Source: Nitrospirota bacterium (GTDB lineage: Bacteria; Nitrospirota; UBA9217). Taken from it: a stretch of DNA of 64,000 nucleotides. Made by a program: the position numbers and the translations under genes. Positions within the stretch are counted from its first letter, which is position 1; the number at the start of each line of letters is the position of its first letter. Location of the stretch: positions 1,440,001-1,504,000 of the forward strand of contig CAVTRN010000002.1 in the NCBI GenBank assembly GCA_963737155.1. The letters run 5' to 3'. Below, piece by piece: positions 1 to 12,358 of this stretch. Below the pieces are notes generated by a model. It had not been told where the DNA came from and did no database searches. It saw only the letters and a program-made list of their open reading frames with translations.

Positions 1-15
1 CTCCTCGTCGCATTT

Positions 16-744
16 GTGAGAGCTTTATTTCTGCAGGCGTCGTGGAGTTTCGAGCGAATGCAAACTACGGGATTTGCCTACGCGATAGAACCGGCGCTCA
101 AAAAACTCTATCCAGATCCGGCCGAATATGAAAGCAGGGTGAAGCTGCACATGGAATATTTTAATACTCAGCCTTACTTTGCTTCTTTTATACTAGGAGC
201 GGCAATTAGGCTGGAACAGGACAGGGCATTAGGTCGGAATGCGGCGACTGATGTTTCAGGCCTCAAAGCGGCGCTTATGGCTCCTCTCGGTGCCCTCGGC
301 GATAGTTTTTTCTGGGGTGCGCTCATGCCGATGGCTGCCGTGGCCGCGGTAGCCGTTGCGATTGTCGGTTCGTGGTGGGCGCCTGTTCTCTTCCTTGTCC
401 TGTTCAATATTTGGCATCTCGGACTCAGGTTGGGCATGATGTTCTGGGGATATAGCAGCGGTGGAGATGCTGTTGCTCTTATGGCGCGATATCGCTTCAC
501 GAAAATGGCCAAGCGCTTTAAAGTGATGTCGCTCGCCATGGTCGGCGGCATACTGGGTATGATACCGCTGTGGAGGGTGGAGTTCCGCCTCCCGTTGAGC
601 AACCGGCCTGTGGCGCAGACTCTGTCCGGTTTATTCATAACACTGGTTTTAGTCGCAATCATGCGGAGAGGCGGCTCTCCGGTAAAACTCATGCTCGGGT
701 TGGCCGTCTTCTGTCTTGCCCTGGCGTACGCGGGAGTAATTTAA
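16..744 (+). CDS. PTS mannose/fructose/sorbose family IID component (true start may lie upstream of the window)
   Basis: SWSFERMQ..GF, H.EYFNTQPY and LMAPLGALGDSFFW motifs typical of EIID-Man; directly upstream of HPr and EI. Confidence 0.9.
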   Translation: MRALFLQASWSFERMQTTGFAYAIEPALKKLYPDPAEYESRVKLHMEYFNTQPYFASFILGAAIRLEQDRALGRNAATDVSGLKAALMAPLGALGDSFFWGALMPMAAVAAVAVAIVGSWWAPVLFLVLFNIWHLGLRLGMMFWGYSSGGDAVALMARYRFTKMAKRFKVMSLAMVGGILGMIPLWRVEFRLPLSNRPVAQTLSGLFITLVLVAIMRRGGSPVKLMLGLAVFCLALAYAGVI

Positions 745-1013
745 TGAAGGAAAAAGAGCTCTTAATCGAAAACAAACTTGGCCTCCATGCGCGTGCAGCA
801 GCACAGATCGTGAAAACAGCGAGTGCTTATTCGTCAAAGATCACCTTGGTGAAGGACGGTATGGAAATCGATGGCAAGAGCATCATGGGGATAATGATGC
901 TTGCTGCGGGAAAAGGGAGCTCGGTATTGGTTATGGTGCGTGGCGAAGATGAAGAGAATGCCGTGGCAGGCCTTGAGAAACTGTTTAAGGAAAAATTCGG
1001 GGAGAAGGAATAG
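744..1013 (+). CDS. ptsH: Phosphocarrier protein HPr
   Basis: N.LGLHARAA (His15) and DGKSIMGIMML (Ser46) motifs; ATG at 744 overlaps the upstream TAA, so the ORF-track start at 570 is too long. Confidence 0.95.
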   Translation: MKEKELLIENKLGLHARAAAQIVKTASAYSSKITLVKDGMEIDGKSIMGIMMLAAGKGSSVLVMVRGEDEENAVAGLEKLFKEKFGEKE

Positions 1014-1157
1014 AAAATTGATAAACTGTAGTTGGCAGACAATAGATGGACCTAATTGATAACGTTCAGAACATCGTTAACTATCAAGTACTTAGTACCT
1101 AAAGCTGAATATTGAGTAGACGATAAGGAACAACAGCGAAAAGGCAGGATCACAACA

Positions 1158-2912
1158 ATGCATGAAAAGATATATAAAGGCATTGTCGCATCACCGGGGA
1201 TCGTAATCGGTAGGGCCTATGTCCTCGACCGGCGAAAGGTGGTTGTAGCAGGTCGCCGGATTGAAGACGTCAGCGTCAAGGACGAGGTCGTGCGGTTCAA
1301 AAAAGCGCTGGAGGTTTCGAAGTCTCAGCTCGAAGATCTGAAAAAACGCATACCTAAGGGCCTTGGTAAATCCCACCTCTATATTTTGGAAACCCTCATT
1401 ATGTTGCTTGAGGACAAAATGCTTGTCGACGGGACGGTCAAGCGGATTAAGGAATCGTTCCTCAACGCCGAAGGAGCGCTCAAGGAGATAATCGCCGAAA
1501 TTAGCCTTAAATTCGACACTATCGAAGATGAATACCTTCGCGATCGCAAGCACGACGTCGAACAGGTCGGCGAGCGTGTTCTGCGCAACCTCGTTGGCCG
1601 CAAACAGGAGAGCCTTGCGGAAATCAACGAGGAAGCGATCATCATAGCGCACGACCTGGCTCCGACCGACACCCTTCTGATGCGTAAAGACAAGATCCTC
1701 GGTTTTGCCACCGATGCAGGCAGTCGAACATCCCATACTGCCATCCTGGCGCGCTCACTCGGCATTCCCGCAGCGGTTGGTCTCGAGAATATCACTGCGT
1801 CGGTAAAAACCGGAGATGTCGTCATTATTGACGGTATGCACGGAGTGGTGATTATTGATCCTGACGAGGAAACGTTCCTTGACTACCTCAAGAAACAGAG
1901 AAAATACAAATATTTCGAACAGGAGCTTGAGAAGCTCAAAACACTTCCCGCTATAACTATTGATGGTCATGTTGTTCAACTAGAAGGCAACATTGAATTA
2001 CCTGAGGAAGCGACATCCGCGGCCGAACACGGAGGAACGGGCATCGGGCTCTATCGGACGGAGTTTCTGTTCCTAAACCGTCAATCATTTCCAACCGAGG
2101 AGGAACACTACAACGCCTATCGTCAGGTTGCAGAGCGCGCGGCTCCCCATGAAGTTGTTATTCGCACACTCGACGTGGGGGGCGATAAAATCGGATTGTT
2201 CAACGAATTCGAGAAAGAGGCCAATCCCGCGCTCGGTTTGCGCGCAATCAGATTCTGTCTTCAAAAAAGTGATGTCTTCCGTATTCAGCTTCGCGGCATA
2301 CTTCGGGCAGCAGTCCATGGAAACATCAAGATGCTGATTCCCATGATATCAGGTCTGACGGAGATTTACGAAACGAAAAAGCTGCTCGAAGCGGTGAAGG
2401 CCGAGCTTCGGTCTGAGGGGAGCCGATTTCACGAATCGGTGCCGATCGGAGTCATGATCGAGATCCCTTCGGCGGCCCTGATTGCCGATCTTCTTGCAAA
2501 AGAAGTCGATTTTTTCAGCGTCGGTACAAACGACCTCATTCAGTACACGCTCGCCATAGACCGCCAGAATGAGCATGTCGCTTACATGTATGAGCCGCTG
2601 GATCCGGCAGTGCTCCGGCTGCTCAAGTACGTGGCCGACGCGGCGAAAGCGGCAAACATACCCCTTGCCATGTGCGGTGAGATGGCGGGCGACCCCCTCT
2701 ATGCCGCGATTCTTCTCGGTATTGGATTTCAGCAACTTAGCATGAACGTGGCGTCAATACCCTGGGTCAAGAAGGTTGTACGGTCGGTTCGCATGCAGGA
2801 CGCCATCGAACTCGCCTCTCTAGTGATGCTGCAACCGACGGCCACAATCGCCAGGAAAAAGGCTGAAAGTTTTATGGAAGAGCGTTTCCCAGACTTGGCT
2901 GCCGAGCTTTAG
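1158..2912 (+). CDS. ptsI: PEP-protein phosphotransferase, enzyme I
   Basis: GSRTSHTAILAR phospho-His motif, GIGLYRTEFLF, RTLDVGGDK, DFFSVGTNDLIQY, CGEMAGDP. Confidence 0.97.
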   Translation: MHEKIYKGIVASPGIVIGRAYVLDRRKVVVAGRRIEDVSVKDEVVRFKKALEVSKSQLEDLKKRIPKGLGKSHLYILETLIMLLEDKMLVDGTVKRIKESFLNAEGALKEIIAEISLKFDTIEDEYLRDRKHDVEQVGERVLRNLVGRKQESLAEINEEAIIIAHDLAPTDTLLMRKDKILGFATDAGSRTSHTAILARSLGIPAAVGLENITASVKTGDVVIIDGMHGVVIIDPDEETFLDYLKKQRKYKYFEQELEKLKTLPAITIDGHVVQLEGNIELPEEATSAAEHGGTGIGLYRTEFLFLNRQSFPTEEEHYNAYRQVAERAAPHEVVIRTLDVGGDKIGLFNEFEKEANPALGLRAIRFCLQKSDVFRIQLRGILRAAVHGNIKMLIPMISGLTEIYETKKLLEAVKAELRSEGSRFHESVPIGVMIEIPSAALIADLLAKEVDFFSVGTNDLIQYTLAIDRQNEHVAYMYEPLDPAVLRLLKYVADAAKAANIPLAMCGEMAGDPLYAAILLGIGFQQLSMNVASIPWVKKVVRSVRMQDAIELASLVMLQPTATIARKKAESFMEERFPDLAAEL

Positions 2913-2964
2913 GAACCATCTTAACATTCCTGCTTCAGAAGAATTAATATACGAGGAGTAATAC

Positions 2965-4092
2965 GTGCAAAATATGGAATACCATGTCGAAAGCTTCGTG
3001 AAAGAAGACAGCAGTTTCTTGCGAGCAGGACGGGCTCACGGCGGAAATATCTATGAAGCAGCGAAACGATTCGGCTTGGACGTCAAAAAGATTATTGATT
3101 TCAGCTCGAATGTAAACCCGTTTGGCCCTTCATCCATGGCGATGCGGGCGGCACGGAGGTCTCTCTCCATCACAAACCGTTATCCCGACCCGGATATGAT
3201 GGACCTTCGTCGTGCGATTGCGCGCTATTATGGAATCAAGGCCGAACAGGTCGCCTGCGGCAACGGGTCGAGCGGGCTCATTCATCTCATCCCACGCGTT
3301 TTCAAACCAAGCAAAGTTCTTATCCCGATCCCGACTTTTTCGGAATACGCCTCTGCAGCACGGGATGCCAACTGTGAGGTGAAGCCCTTTCCTCTCAAGG
3401 AGCGTGACGGTTTCCGGATGGACCCTGTTGAGATGTCCTTTGCCCTAAAGGGTGTGGATATGGCTTTTCTGTGTAATCCGAACAATCCAACCGGCCAAAT
3501 TGTTTCGAAGCAAGAGATGCTGGAGGTCATGAGTTATGCGCTCCAACAAGGTACAACGCTGGTTATCGACGAAGCCTTCATGGACTTCCTTGAGTCTGAA
3601 TCAATGGCCAAGGAAGCAGTGCAGGCATCGAAAATCATCTGTCTACGGGCGTTCGCAAATTTTTTTGGCATGCCGGGACTTCGTGTAGGTTATGCCATAT
3701 CCGATGAAACGACTATTGCGGAGCTGCGGGAATTTCAGGAACCCTGGACTGTCAATATCCCGGCAGAGCGCGCCGCAATCGCCGCGCTCGATGATTGGGA
3801 CTATATCAAGAAGACCAGGCGCGTTATAGGGATTGAGCGCGACCGCATGTTGTCGGCGCTACGTTTGTTGCCCGGTGTAGAAACCTACCACGGTTCTGCG
3901 AATTTTATCTTGTTCAAACTTGTCTCGGGAGATGCGCACACGCTGATACAAAAACTAGGATACCGCGGTATGCTGGTGCGTGATTGTACCGGATTTCCCG
4001 GTCTGGATAGCTGCTTTATCCGTGTTGCGATTAGGACCCGCCGCGAGAATAATCGTTTGATTAAGGCGCTGCGAGAACTGTTGATCCCATGA
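2965..4092 (+). CDS. CobD/HisC-like class I/II PLP enzyme (threonine-phosphate decarboxylase-like); Schiff-base Lys reads as Asn
   Basis: HGGN, IDFSSNVNP.GP, RYPDP, CNPNNPTG, IDEAFMDF, GMPGLRVGY, LVRDC..FPGL. Confidence 0.8.
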   Translation: MQNMEYHVESFVKEDSSFLRAGRAHGGNIYEAAKRFGLDVKKIIDFSSNVNPFGPSSMAMRAARRSLSITNRYPDPDMMDLRRAIARYYGIKAEQVACGNGSSGLIHLIPRVFKPSKVLIPIPTFSEYASAARDANCEVKPFPLKERDGFRMDPVEMSFALKGVDMAFLCNPNNPTGQIVSKQEMLEVMSYALQQGTTLVIDEAFMDFLESESMAKEAVQASKIICLRAFANFFGMPGLRVGYAISDETTIAELREFQEPWTVNIPAERAAIAALDDWDYIKKTRRVIGIERDRMLSALRLLPGVETYHGSANFILFKLVSGDAHTLIQKLGYRGMLVRDCTGFPGLDSCFIRVAIRTRRENNRLIKALRELLIP

Positions 4093-4467
4093 CAGCAGGT
4101 CCAAAACCGGGTTGTGTACATGGTAGTTGAACCCCGATGCGGCTGTGATTGAATTATTAAACGAGCCGGGACCGATCAAGCCGGGGGGTGTTGATTCACC
4201 ATATTTCTCGGACGCCTTTCACGCCGAAGCGGGACTGCAGTAGACAACAAAAAAACATTTTGCAAAATGAATACCTCTGTGATAGAGTAATTCGAAATGT
4301 GTGAAATTATGATGAATTTACTGCGCTATACGATGAAACTGTTTGATGTAGATTTATTTGCATACATGCATCATCAAATGCTCGGTTCAGGCGGAACAAA
4401 AGCTCAATAATATTTTTCACCACCTCGACAGTACACTGCCGGACCGATGAAGGTTGGAGGATTGAAG

Positions 4468-4665
4468 ATGGAGCCGATTATGTGCCCCTTTTGCGGAGGC
4501 ACGAATCTCTTTCAAGAAGATGATTACAGTCTCGAGCTTGATTATGAATACTGGACTATACACCACTGGGAGTGTCTGGATTGCGCGCAGTCGTTCGACA
4601 AAATAGAGATTTTGCCGGCGTCAAATTCTTTCGAGGCGATCAATAATGAGAGCACCATTCACTGA
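4468..4665 (+). CDS. Small acidic CxxC..CxxC (zinc-ribbon-like) hypothetical protein
   Basis: GGAGG RBS before ATG 4468; CPFC and CLDC pairs. Confidence 0.55.
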   Translation: MEPIMCPFCGGTNLFQEDDYSLELDYEYWTIHHWECLDCAQSFDKIEILPASNSFEAINNESTIH

Positions 4666-5823
4666 GCAGGGCATCGATACTTCCCATTCTCCGACCGCCG
4701 TGTTATCTGCCGCCAGCCGTCCCACAGCTGCCGTGATCAATCTTGGAGCTCTTGAACACAATTTTAATGAAGTTGTTCGACGCGCCGCGGGTAGAAAAAT
4801 CCTGGCCGTTGTCAAAGCGCAGGCTTATGGGCACGGCGCAGTAGCTGTATCCAGGCGCCTCCTGGGGCTTGGCGCTTCTATGCTCGCGGTTGCCCTAGTT
4901 GAAGAGGGGATGGAACTTCGCCGTGCCGGCATTGACGCTCCGATTTTGGTGATGGGTGCATTGTTTCCGGAACAGGCCGAGACACTTGCGGCGCTACGAT
5001 TGACGCCAGTTGTTTTCACCATGGATACCGCCCGAGCGTTATCCCGTGCGGCGCAAAAGGTGAAGACAACGGTTTCCGTACATGTGAAAATCGATACTGG
5101 CATGGGCAGAATCGGCATAGCGCCCGAGGAGGCCCCTGAATTCGTTACGCTGCTCCGAAGACTTTCGGGCATAGACGTTCAGGGTTTGATGACGCATTTT
5201 GCCGATGCCGATCTTCGCGAAAAAGAGTTCGCGTCTCAACAGATGGGCCGCTTCGGCGCTCTCGTGCGAAAACTGTCGGAAAGTGGCATACCAGTACCGC
5301 TGATCCATGCAGCAAACAGCGCTGCAGTACTCGATTATCAGCAGGCGCTATTTACGATGGTCAGGCCCGGCCTGATGCTCTATGGGTATAATCCGTTTGA
5401 GACCGGGGCCACGCAGGTTGATCTCTTGCCTGTTCTGTCGCTCGTGACGCGTATAGCCTTTCTCAAAAAGGTCGCCACCGGCATCCCCATCAGCTACGGG
5501 CGGACGTTTGTCACCCAGCGCGAGAGCCTCATTGCAACGCTGCCGATTGGGTATGCAGATGGGTTCAGCAGGGGACTTTCGAACAAGGGTGAAGTGCTGG
5601 TAAGGGGTAGAAATCTGCTCCGGTCGTCGGCCGGATATGCATGGACATGTGCATGGTGGATGTTACTGAGGTTTCCGGCGTTACCGAGGGGGACGACGTT
5701 GTGCTCATCGGAAGCCAGGGCGGAGGGCGGATCACGGCAGAGGATATCGCCGCGAAATCGGGAACCATCCCTTACGAGGTGCTCTGTGGAATCGGTAGTA
5801 GAGTCCCGAGGATTTATCTTTAA
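4646..5823 (+). pseudogene. alr: Alanine racemase with a single frameshift at ~5611-5613 (probably a sequencing error)
   Basis: AVVKAQAYGHG, HVKIDTGMGRIG, HAANSAA, VRPGL.LYG, ISYG, GYADG in one frame; APVVGRICMD...IPYEVLCGIGSRVPRIY continues in another frame to TAA 5823. Confidence 0.9.
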
Positions 5824-6586
5824 AAGTCTGGAGTTCGTTGGCCGCAAAACCACGCTGATTATCTCCCACATCGGCGCCGTCCTTGTTTTTTCCGGACAGA
5901 CGCTCCAAGAGACCCTGAGCACCCCGTTCTACGTCAAGAACCTGGTGAAGCAGATGGAGCAGATTGGCTTTAATTCCGTCCCTGTGGTCCTCACCACCGC
6001 GCTCTCAACAGGGATGGTGCTTGCGTACCAAAGTTATACAGGGTTTAAACGCTTCGGAGCCGAGACGCTGATCGGGACGGTTGTGTCGCTCTCCATGACG
6101 CGGGAATTAGGGCCGGTGCTCACTGGGCTCATGGTTGCCGGCAGAGCAGGCGCTTCCATTGCAGCGGAGCTCGGTACCATGCGCGTGACCGAGCAAATCG
6201 ATGCGCTCTCGACGCTGGCTACGAACCCTATGAAGTATCTTGTGGTGCCACGTTTTCTTGCAAGCACCATTATGATGTTTTTCCTGACCTCGCTCGGCAT
6301 GTTCATCGGCATTACTGGCGGATATTTTGTGGGGGTTAAAGTACTCGGGACAAATCCTGTCACTTACATTAACAACAGTATCAACTATACCGAGGTTACC
6401 GACATCTGGTATGGCCTCGTAAAATCCCTGTTTTTCGGCGCCGTGGTGGGAATCATCAGTTGCTACAAGGGGTTCCACGCGGAAGGAGGCGCCGAGGGAG
6501 TGGGCAAGGCCACGACGGGCGCCGTGGTAGTCTCCTGTATGATGATTCTGATCTTGGATTATTTTCTGTCAGCGCTGTTATGGTGA
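5786..6586 (+). CDS. mlaE: MlaE-family ABC transporter permease
   Basis: RELGPVLTGLMVAGRAGASIAAELGTMRVTEQIDAL, GGAEGVGKATT; probable GTG start at 5786 with GAGGT upstream. Confidence 0.9.
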   Translation: MESVVESRGFIFKSLEFVGRKTTLIISHIGAVLVFSGQTLQETLSTPFYVKNLVKQMEQIGFNSVPVVLTTALSTGMVLAYQSYTGFKRFGAETLIGTVVSLSMTRELGPVLTGLMVAGRAGASIAAELGTMRVTEQIDALSTLATNPMKYLVVPRFLASTIMMFFLTSLGMFIGITGGYFVGVKVLGTNPVTYINNSINYTEVTDIWYGLVKSLFFGAVVGIISCYKGFHAEGGAEGVGKATTGAVVVSCMMILILDYFLSALLW

Positions 6587-6590
6587 CCCC

Positions 6591-7343
6591 ATGGCAATGA
6601 TCGAGGTCATCAACGTGCACAAGAATTTCGGCGATCTCCAAGTGCTCCGCGGCGTGAACCTTTCTGTGGAAAAGGGCGAGAGCATGACAGTGATCGGCGG
6701 CAGCGGCAGCGGTAAAAGTGTGCTCATAAAGCATATCATCGGGCTCCTATACCCGGAAAAAGGCCGCGTAATTGTCGATGGCCAGGTGTTGAATGACCTT
6801 GACGAACATGGCCTCAACGAAATGCGGAAAAAATTTGGCATGCTGTTCCAGATGGCAGCTCTTTTCGATTCCCTTTCTGTGTGGGAGAATGTGGGTTTTT
6901 CCCTCAAGCAGCATACCAAACTGCCGGAAAGGGAAATCAGGAAAATTGTGACCGAGAAACTGGCCCTTGTCGGACTCAAGGATGTCGAGAACAAGATGCC
7001 TTCGGAACTGTCGGGAGGCATGAAAAAGCGAGTCGGGCTTGCACGTGCCATATGTATGGATGCGGAGATCATTCTCTACGACGAGCCAACGACGGGCCTG
7101 GACCCGATCTCGGCGGATGCGATCAACGATCTGATCATCGATCTTAAGAAAAAGCTGGGTGTAACTTCCGTGGCTATTACTCATGATATGCACAGCGCAT
7201 ATAAAATATCGGACCGGATTGCCATGCTGTACAAAGGGGAAATTCTGGAAATCGGCACCCCTGACCAGATACGGAATACGACAAATCCCATTGTGCATCA
7301 ATTTATTACGGGAAGCGCTGTGGGACCGATCACGGCAGATTAG
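6591..7343 (+). CDS. mlaF: MlaF-family ABC ATPase
   Basis: GGSGSGKS, LSGGMKKRVGLARA, YDEPTTGLDP; lies between mlaE and mlaD. Confidence 0.92.
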   Translation: MAMIEVINVHKNFGDLQVLRGVNLSVEKGESMTVIGGSGSGKSVLIKHIIGLLYPEKGRVIVDGQVLNDLDEHGLNEMRKKFGMLFQMAALFDSLSVWENVGFSLKQHTKLPEREIRKIVTEKLALVGLKDVENKMPSELSGGMKKRVGLARAICMDAEIILYDEPTTGLDPISADAINDLIIDLKKKLGVTSVAITHDMHSAYKISDRIAMLYKGEILEIGTPDQIRNTTNPIVHQFITGSAVGPITAD

Positions 7344-7452
7344 AAAATCCATTACTGTTTCAGCCCGTCGAGCTTTTTGTTTTGGCTATCACTGTTCATC
7401 TGTTGGAGAAAATCTGCTTGTCTGCAGTTGATGTCTCTTTTGGAGATTGTTC

Positions 7453-8856
7453 ATGGCGAAACTAAGTGCAGAGGCGAAGGTGGGCCTGCTGGTGATTGTG
7501 GGTTCATTAATCCTTCTATACATGACCTTGTCCGTCGGAAAGTTCGAGTTTGGAGAAAAAAAAGGATATATTCTACAGGCAACCTTTGATTCCGTCGACG
7601 GAATCGATGCCAAGTCCGCAGTGCGTATGGCCGGAGTAAATATCGGTATCGTTGAAAAGGTCGGCCTCGCGGGCAGCCGCGCCCTCGTCACCATGCGTAT
7701 CGAGCCGAACGTGCATATCCCGCGTACCACTGAAGCGGTGATAAAAACCATGGGCCTTCTCGGCGATAAATATGTGGAATTTGTGCCAGTCAAAACAGAA
7801 TTGGCCATTGCGGGGCAGCATCCCTACTACGAGAACGGCGACAAGGTCCAGATTACCGTTTCACCGAGCGATGTAGACAAGCTTATCAACCAGCTTTCCG
7901 ACATTTCTGACGACGTCAAGCACATAACGGGTTCACTCCGGCAAGTCATCGGGACCGAGAATGGTACGCGGTCCATGGAAGACATACTGAACGACGTGCG
8001 TCAGACAACGGCAAACATAAAGGATTTTTCGTCCACTCTGCAGACCAATGGCAGTGAACTTGTCATGCGGCTTAATGAGCTGGCTGAAAATCTTAACGGC
8101 ACCGTGACCGAAAACCGCGATAACCTTCGGGTGACCATGGAGAACGTCCGGGAAGCGTCGAAAAATGCCGAGACGGCACTGACCTCCATTGATAACGCGG
8201 CACGGAAAATTGACAGCGGCGAAGGCACTCTTGGTAAGCTCATAAGTGATGATAGCATGTACAACAACATCAACAGCGCTGCCGCTGGACTTGATGATTA
8301 CCTCTCACGCGTTCAGCGAATGCAAACGATCGTCGGGTTCCGGACCGAGTATATGTTCCCCCAGTCACAGAGTTATGCGACCCTGGAGCTAAAACCGCGT
8401 CCGGATACATATTACATATTTGAACTAACGGACGACCCATTCGGGAGCTTTACGAGAACGGTGACATCCAACACGCCGCCCGGCACCACGGTGGTGCAGG
8501 AAACCTATGAGGACAAATACAAATTCAGTGTTGAATTCGCAAAGCGGTGGGGGAATCTTGCGCTCCGTCTCGGGCTTATCGAATCCACCGGTGGCGCCGG
8601 GGCCGATTATTTTGCTTTTGATGACCGGCTAAAGTTCAGTGTTGACGCTTTTAACTTCAACAGCACGGAACCCGAAAATTTACACGCCCATGTGAAGTTG
8701 ACAGCCAATTACAGCCTAAATAAAACCCTGTTCCTGAATGCCGGCTATGATAACATACTGAACGTCCGCCGTGCTTTGCCTTTTGTTGGACTCGGCCTGC
8801 GATTCGATGATGAAGATCTGAAGTATTTAATGGGAAGCGTGCCGATACCTAAGTAG
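7453..8856 (+). CDS. mlaD: Long MlaD/MCE protein with helical extension and beta-strand-rich C-terminal domain
   Basis: N-terminal TM, MCE motifs V.MAGV.IG.V and GLLGDKYVE, G.GTLGKLISD, alternating-aromatic C-terminal region. Confidence 0.85.
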   Translation: MAKLSAEAKVGLLVIVGSLILLYMTLSVGKFEFGEKKGYILQATFDSVDGIDAKSAVRMAGVNIGIVEKVGLAGSRALVTMRIEPNVHIPRTTEAVIKTMGLLGDKYVEFVPVKTELAIAGQHPYYENGDKVQITVSPSDVDKLINQLSDISDDVKHITGSLRQVIGTENGTRSMEDILNDVRQTTANIKDFSSTLQTNGSELVMRLNELAENLNGTVTENRDNLRVTMENVREASKNAETALTSIDNAARKIDSGEGTLGKLISDDSMYNNINSAAAGLDDYLSRVQRMQTIVGFRTEYMFPQSQSYATLELKPRPDTYYIFELTDDPFGSFTRTVTSNTPPGTTVVQETYEDKYKFSVEFAKRWGNLALRLGLIESTGGAGADYFAFDDRLKFSVDAFNFNSTEPENLHAHVKLTANYSLNKTLFLNAGYDNILNVRRALPFVGLGLRFDDEDLKYLMGSVPIPK

Positions 8857-8881
8857 CTGCCAGTCCCGCCCTTATCTTACC

Positions 8882-8910
8882 TTGACATTTATGGTGCAGT
8901 TTCATAGAAT
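8882..8910 (+). promoter_or_regulatory. Sigma70-type promoter for galU
   Basis: TTGACA-17 bp-TAGAAT. Confidence 0.65.
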
Positions 8911-8928
8911 GCTTTCGAGGAGAGAACT

Positions 8929-9798
8929 GTGAAGAATTTGATTACGAAAGCGGTTTTTCCCGCTGCGGGTTTAGGTACGCGTTTTTTGCCTGCAACCAAG
9001 GCATCACCAAAGGAGATGATGCCGCTTGTGGACAAACCGCTCATTCAATATGTCGTGGAAGAGGCGGTTGCGTCTGGTATCGACCAGGTGGTTGTTGTTA
9101 CCGGCCGTAACAAACGCGCCATCGAGGATCACTTTGATGTCGCCTTTGAACTTGAGGAGGACCTCAAGGCGAAGGGGAAGTACAAACTACTCTCGGAGGT
9201 GCAGCGTATCGCGCACCTGGTGACGTTCTGCTATATTCGTCAGAAGCAAGCGCTTGGGCTGGGGCATGCCGTGCTGACAGCCAAACGTGTAGTCGGTCAC
9301 GAGCCCTTTGCCGTACTTCTGGGTGACGACATCATTGATGCTGAAACACCGGCGCTAAAACAAATGATGGAGGCTTTTAAATGCTACCCGGCGACCATTC
9401 TTGCGATCCAGAAAGTGCATAAATCACAGACCAAACACTATGGAATTATCGATGCAAAAAAAATCGAGGATCGCGTTTACCTCGTAAAAGATCTCGTGGA
9501 AAAACCTGCACCTGAAGAAGCACCATCCAATCTTGCGATCATCGGGCGCTATATTCTTGCCCCGGAAATATTTGAATGCCTTGAACACACTCAGCCTGGC
9601 AAGGGCGGAGAAATCCAGCTGACCGACGGGATTCGGCTTCTTATGGAGAAACAGCCGATATATGCCTACGAGTTTGACGGCATCCGCCATGATGCCGGCG
9701 ATAAGCTGGGATTCCTCAAGGCAACAGTGGAATTCGGACTGAAAAATACTGAATTTGGAGATGAATTCAGGAGTTATCTGAAAAAAATGAAGCTTTAA
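8929..9798 (+). CDS. galU: UTP--glucose-1-phosphate uridylyltransferase
   Basis: KAVFPAAGLGTRFLPATKASPKEM, LGLGHAV, GEIQLTD. Confidence 0.97.
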   Translation: MKNLITKAVFPAAGLGTRFLPATKASPKEMMPLVDKPLIQYVVEEAVASGIDQVVVVTGRNKRAIEDHFDVAFELEEDLKAKGKYKLLSEVQRIAHLVTFCYIRQKQALGLGHAVLTAKRVVGHEPFAVLLGDDIIDAETPALKQMMEAFKCYPATILAIQKVHKSQTKHYGIIDAKKIEDRVYLVKDLVEKPAPEEAPSNLAIIGRYILAPEIFECLEHTQPGKGGEIQLTDGIRLLMEKQPIYAYEFDGIRHDAGDKLGFLKATVEFGLKNTEFGDEFRSYLKKMKL

Positions 9799-9855
9799 AA
9801 AAATGAGCGGGCGTGATTGTTGGTCGGGAAGAGCGTCTAAAATGAGGAGGATGGT

Positions 9856-12267
<2,412 letters not shown>

Positions 12268-12358
12268 GAAGCGATTATCGGAAGGCAGAAGACAAAGGCT
12301 CGCTCAACGCGGCCTGCGGCTCTCTCTGTAACTCCGGTTCTCCGCGGCAATAAATATC

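Noticed and set aside
4646-6586. 646-aa Alr-MlaE fusion as a novel protein
   Set aside because: The junction peptide is the off-frame reading of an intact alr 3' end, and mlaE has its own plausible start and RBS.
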